NCBI GenBank assembly: GCA_963667015.2
Contig: CAXXJJ010000004.1
Span: 64,001 to 128,000 of the forward strand
DNA length: 64,000 nt
Direction of reading: 5' to 3'
Origin: Desulfatiglandales bacterium
GTDB taxonomy: Bacteria > Desulfobacterota > DSM-4660 > Desulfatiglandales > HGW-15
This document shows positions 61,111-64,000 of the stretch, piece by piece. Each line of letters starts with the position of its first letter. The stretch's first letter is position 1. The notes below the pieces were generated by a model that was given only the letters and a program-made list of their open reading frames with translations, had not been told where the DNA came from and made no database searches. Made by a program: the position numbers and the translations under genes.

Positions 61111-61180
61111 GGGTGGACATGCAGGTTCCACCCCTGCAAAAATGGGTATATTATCGTAGTTGCAGACCTACGTGTCTGCC
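61111..61180. repeat. Degenerate GTAG-type REP doublet
   Basis: Minus GCAGGGGTGGAACCTGCATGTCCACCC and plus GTAGTTGCAGACCTACGTGTCTGCC resemble GTAG-plus-palindrome REPs. Confidence 0.5.
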
Positions 61181-61331
61181 TGTCGGCTTTGATGAATGAA
61201 AATATATTTGTCGATTAATAGCCGTAAGTTGATTTTAGGTAATTAATAATAAAAAAATATTTGACATTACCGACTGTTAGTGAGAATATATCCAAATATT
61301 TTTTACTGAATCAACGGATAAATAGATTAAA

Positions 61332-61430
61332 ATGAATAAAAACACTATCAATATTATCAGCGGAAATTTAGTAGAGGTGCTACTAGTCGTAGTAAGCCTT
61401 CTGGTGCTAGGGGTATACCGCCAGGCCTGA
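61332..61430 (+). CDS. leu operon leader peptide
   Basis: MNKNTINIISGNLVEVLLVVVSLLVLGVYRQA*; Leu/Val cluster with three CTA codons. Confidence 0.8.
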   Translation: MNKNTINIISGNLVEVLLVVVSLLVLGVYRQA

Positions 61431-61497
61431 TAATGGGATAGTTAAAAAAAAGATCAAATATAAATCCGTTATCAGGCCCGCCTGATAACGGATTTTT
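61424..61497 (+). promoter_or_regulatory. leu transcription attenuator (antiterminator/terminator)
   Basis: Terminator AAATCCGTTATCAGGC-cc-GCCTGATAACGGATTTTT; upstream GGCCTGATAATGG can pair with CCGTTATCAGGCC. Confidence 0.85.
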
Positions 61498-61677
61498 GTT
61501 GTTTGCGCTGCAATATTCGGAATAGAAAAAGGAATAAACTGATATGACAGATACGATTATTGAAATGGAGATATTTGCCACAGGTCCTGCAGGTCAGGGT
61601 CTGTGGAGGGTCCTTCAATGGGTTCTCTATTAATGTTACATAAAAATAATTAACTAATTAACGGAGGAATACCCCGA

Positions 61678-63219
61678 ATGGACAGAGTAATATTTTTTGA
61701 TACAACACTGAGAGATGGAGAGCAATCACCCGGCGCCAGCATGAACACAGCTGAAAAAGTGCGCCTGTCAACACAGCTTGAAAAACTGGGGGTTGATGTT
61801 ATAGAAGCAGGTTTCCCGGCGGCATCACCGGGAGACTTTGAAGCGGTTCAGGCAATCAGTCGGAAGGTAAGCAAGATACAGGTTGCAGGGCTTGCACGCA
61901 CTTCAAAGGAAGACATTGACAGGGCATGGGGTGCAATAAAGGATGCGGCCTATCCGAGGATACACACTTTTATCGCAACATCCGATATCCATTTGAAACA
62001 TAAACTCAAGATGGACAGAGATGAAGTTCTTAAAACAGCCTACGATTGCGTTAAATACGCCAAATCCTTTACTGATAATGTTGAATTTTCTGCAGAGGAT
62101 GCATCAAGAAGTGATAGGGATTTTCTGTGCAAGGTCCTTGAGGCCGCTATTAATGCAGGCGCCACAACAGTCAATATCCCTGATACTGTTGGATACGCAC
62201 TGCCCAATGAATTCGGTGAATTGATAAGCTATATAAAAAACCATACCCCTAATATTGATCAGGCAGTTATAAGTGTCCACTGTCATAATGACCTCGGGCT
62301 TGCAACCGCTAATACAATGGCAGGGTTGATCGCCGGAGCAAGGCAGGCTGAGGTAACCATAAATGGAATAGGTGAGAGGGCAGGTAACACCAGCCTTGAA
62401 GAGATAGCCATGAGCCTGCATACAAGAAGAAGCATGCTGGATCTGGACAGCACTATTGTCACACAGGAAATAGTCCCGACAAGCCGCCTGGTCTCAATGA
62501 TTACCGGTATTGTAGTTCAGCCCAACAAGGCTATTGTAGGCGCCAATGCCTTTGCACATGAGGCCGGTATTCATCAGGACGGTGTTCTTAAAAACAGGAT
62601 GACCTATGAGATTATGGAGCCGGGAATGGTCGGTCTTACATCAAACCGGCTTGTTCTCGGAAAACATTCAGGCAGACATGCCTTCAGGGATAAACTTAAC
62701 GATCTTGGCTATGATCTTTCAAAGGAAGAAATTGACAAGCTGTTTCTGAAGATGAAGGAGCTGGCTGATAAAAAGAAGGAACTGCTGGATGAGGATATTG
62801 ATGCCCTGGTTGCAGAAGAACACCTCAGGATTCCCGATATCTATAAACTGGATTACCTGAATGTGGTGAGTGGAACTGTAACCATCCCTACTGCCACGGT
62901 TATTTTGATGATAGAGGGAGAAAGGAACCAGAGTTCAGGATTTGGTGTAGGGCCTATTGATGCAACATTTAATACCATTGCAAAGATGACCGGAACAACG
63001 TCCAACCTTGTAAGATTTGCTGTAAACTCCATAACAGGCGGTATGGATGCGCAGGGAGAGGTTACAGTAAGGCTTCAGGAAGACGGTTTACTGGCGCTTG
63101 GTAAAGGTACTGACCCGGACATTATTACTGCAGCGGCAAAGGCCTATATAAACGGATTAAACAGGATAAAATATCTGAAAAGAAATCCGTCAATAAATGC
63201 TCAGGAAAGAAGCTTATAA
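61678..63219 (+). CDS. leuA: 2-isopropylmalate synthase
   Basis: DTTLRDGEQ, HCHNDLG, GIGERAGN, HEAGIHQDG, GKHSGRHA, regulatory domain present. Confidence 0.97.
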   Translation: MDRVIFFDTTLRDGEQSPGASMNTAEKVRLSTQLEKLGVDVIEAGFPAASPGDFEAVQAISRKVSKIQVAGLARTSKEDIDRAWGAIKDAAYPRIHTFIATSDIHLKHKLKMDRDEVLKTAYDCVKYAKSFTDNVEFSAEDASRSDRDFLCKVLEAAINAGATTVNIPDTVGYALPNEFGELISYIKNHTPNIDQAVISVHCHNDLGLATANTMAGLIAGARQAEVTINGIGERAGNTSLEEIAMSLHTRRSMLDLDSTIVTQEIVPTSRLVSMITGIVVQPNKAIVGANAFAHEAGIHQDGVLKNRMTYEIMEPGMVGLTSNRLVLGKHSGRHAFRDKLNDLGYDLSKEEIDKLFLKMKELADKKKELLDEDIDALVAEEHLRIPDIYKLDYLNVVSGTVTIPTATVILMIEGERNQSSGFGVGPIDATFNTIAKMTGTTSNLVRFAVNSITGGMDAQGEVTVRLQEDGLLALGKGTDPDIITAAAKAYINGLNRIKYLKRNPSINAQERSL

Positions 63220-63237
63220 TAAAGAGAGGAAATTAAG

Positions 63238-64000
63238 ATGGGAATGACCATTACTGAAAAGATACTGGCAGCACATTCGGGTATGGACAGTGTTAAACCC
63301 GGTGATCTGTTGCAGGCAAAGGTTGACCTGGCCCTGGCCAATGATATTACAGCTCCACTGGCAATACAGGTTTTTGAAGAGATCGGCCGGGATGAGGTCT
63401 ATGATAAGGAAAAAATTGCCCTGGTACCAGATCACTTTGTGCCAAATAAAGATATCCCTTCAGCGGCCCAGGCCAAGATCATGAGAGATTTTGCCAGAAA
63501 ATACAGCATAAAGAATTACTTTGAAGTAGGTGAAATGGGTATCGAGCATGTGATACTGCCGGAAAAGGGACTTGTAATACCCGGTGATCTGGTAATAGGT
63601 GCTGACAGCCATACATGTACATATGGGGCTTTAGGTGCCTTTTCAACTGGCGTTGGAAGCACGGATCTTGGTGTAATCATGGCAACGGGCGAGGTATGGC
63701 TAAAGGTGCCTCCCACAATAAAGGTGGTATTTGAAGGGAAGCTGCAGCCCTGGGTTGGGGGAAAGGATCTCATTATAAACCTGATAGGCCTGCTTGGAGT
63801 CGAAGGTGCCAATTACCGTTCTCTTGAATTCACCGGACCGGCTGTAAAAGACCTGTCCATGGACAACAGGCTAACCATGTCCAATATGGCCATAGAGTGC
63901 GGAGCAAAGAACGGTATTTTTGAGGCCGACGAAATTACCATGGAGTATGTAAAGAGCCGTACTGACAGGGAACCTGTTGTTTACAAGGCTGATCCCGATG
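63238..64000 (+). CDS. leuC: 3-isopropylmalate dehydratase large subunit (partial, runs off window)
   Basis: MGMTITEKILAAH, DHFVP, GADSHTCTYGALGAFSTGVGSTD, SNMAIECG; follows leuA. Confidence 0.93.
   Translation, partial: MGMTITEKILAAHSGMDSVKPGDLLQAKVDLALANDITAPLAIQVFEEIGRDEVYDKEKIALVPDHFVPNKDIPSAAQAKIMRDFARKYSIKNYFEVGEMGIEHVILPEKGLVIPGDLVIGADSHTCTYGALGAFSTGVGSTDLGVIMATGEVWLKVPPTIKVVFEGKLQPWVGGKDLIINLIGLLGVEGANYRSLEFTGPAVKDLSMDNRLTMSNMAIECGAKNGIFEADEITMEYVKSRTDREPVVYKADPD

Overview
AT-rich bacterial chromosomal window. The gene content (ThiH, multiheme cytochrome-NarI/HdrD module, REC-LpxC, sigma-54 promoters, leuA/leuC) suggests an anaerobic Gram-negative bacterium, probably Desulfobacterota; this is an inference. 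Housekeeping genes sit at both ends (thiG end/thiH; pabA, pabB-pabC, attenuated leuA-leuC). The standout is a ~10.6 kb minus-strand operon (10749-21320) preceded by a sigma-54 consensus. It encodes six predicted secreted proteins, five of them paralogues of one family I cannot name, and looks like an undescribed hetero-oligomeric extracellular complex. Also notable: (i) an ABC system with one ATPase, six tandem permeases alternating A/B, a NEW3-domain partner and two PDZ paralogues; (ii) a hexaheme-NarI + lipoyl-carrier + HdrD-like redox module; (iii) a receiver-domain-LpxC fusion; (iv) an adenylate cyclase chimera; (v) a decaying accessory region (41.7-54 kb) with several internally deleted or frameshifted genes. 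I recognised no rRNA, tRNA, CRISPR array or intact transposase. All family assignments are from motif recognition by eye, not database searches.
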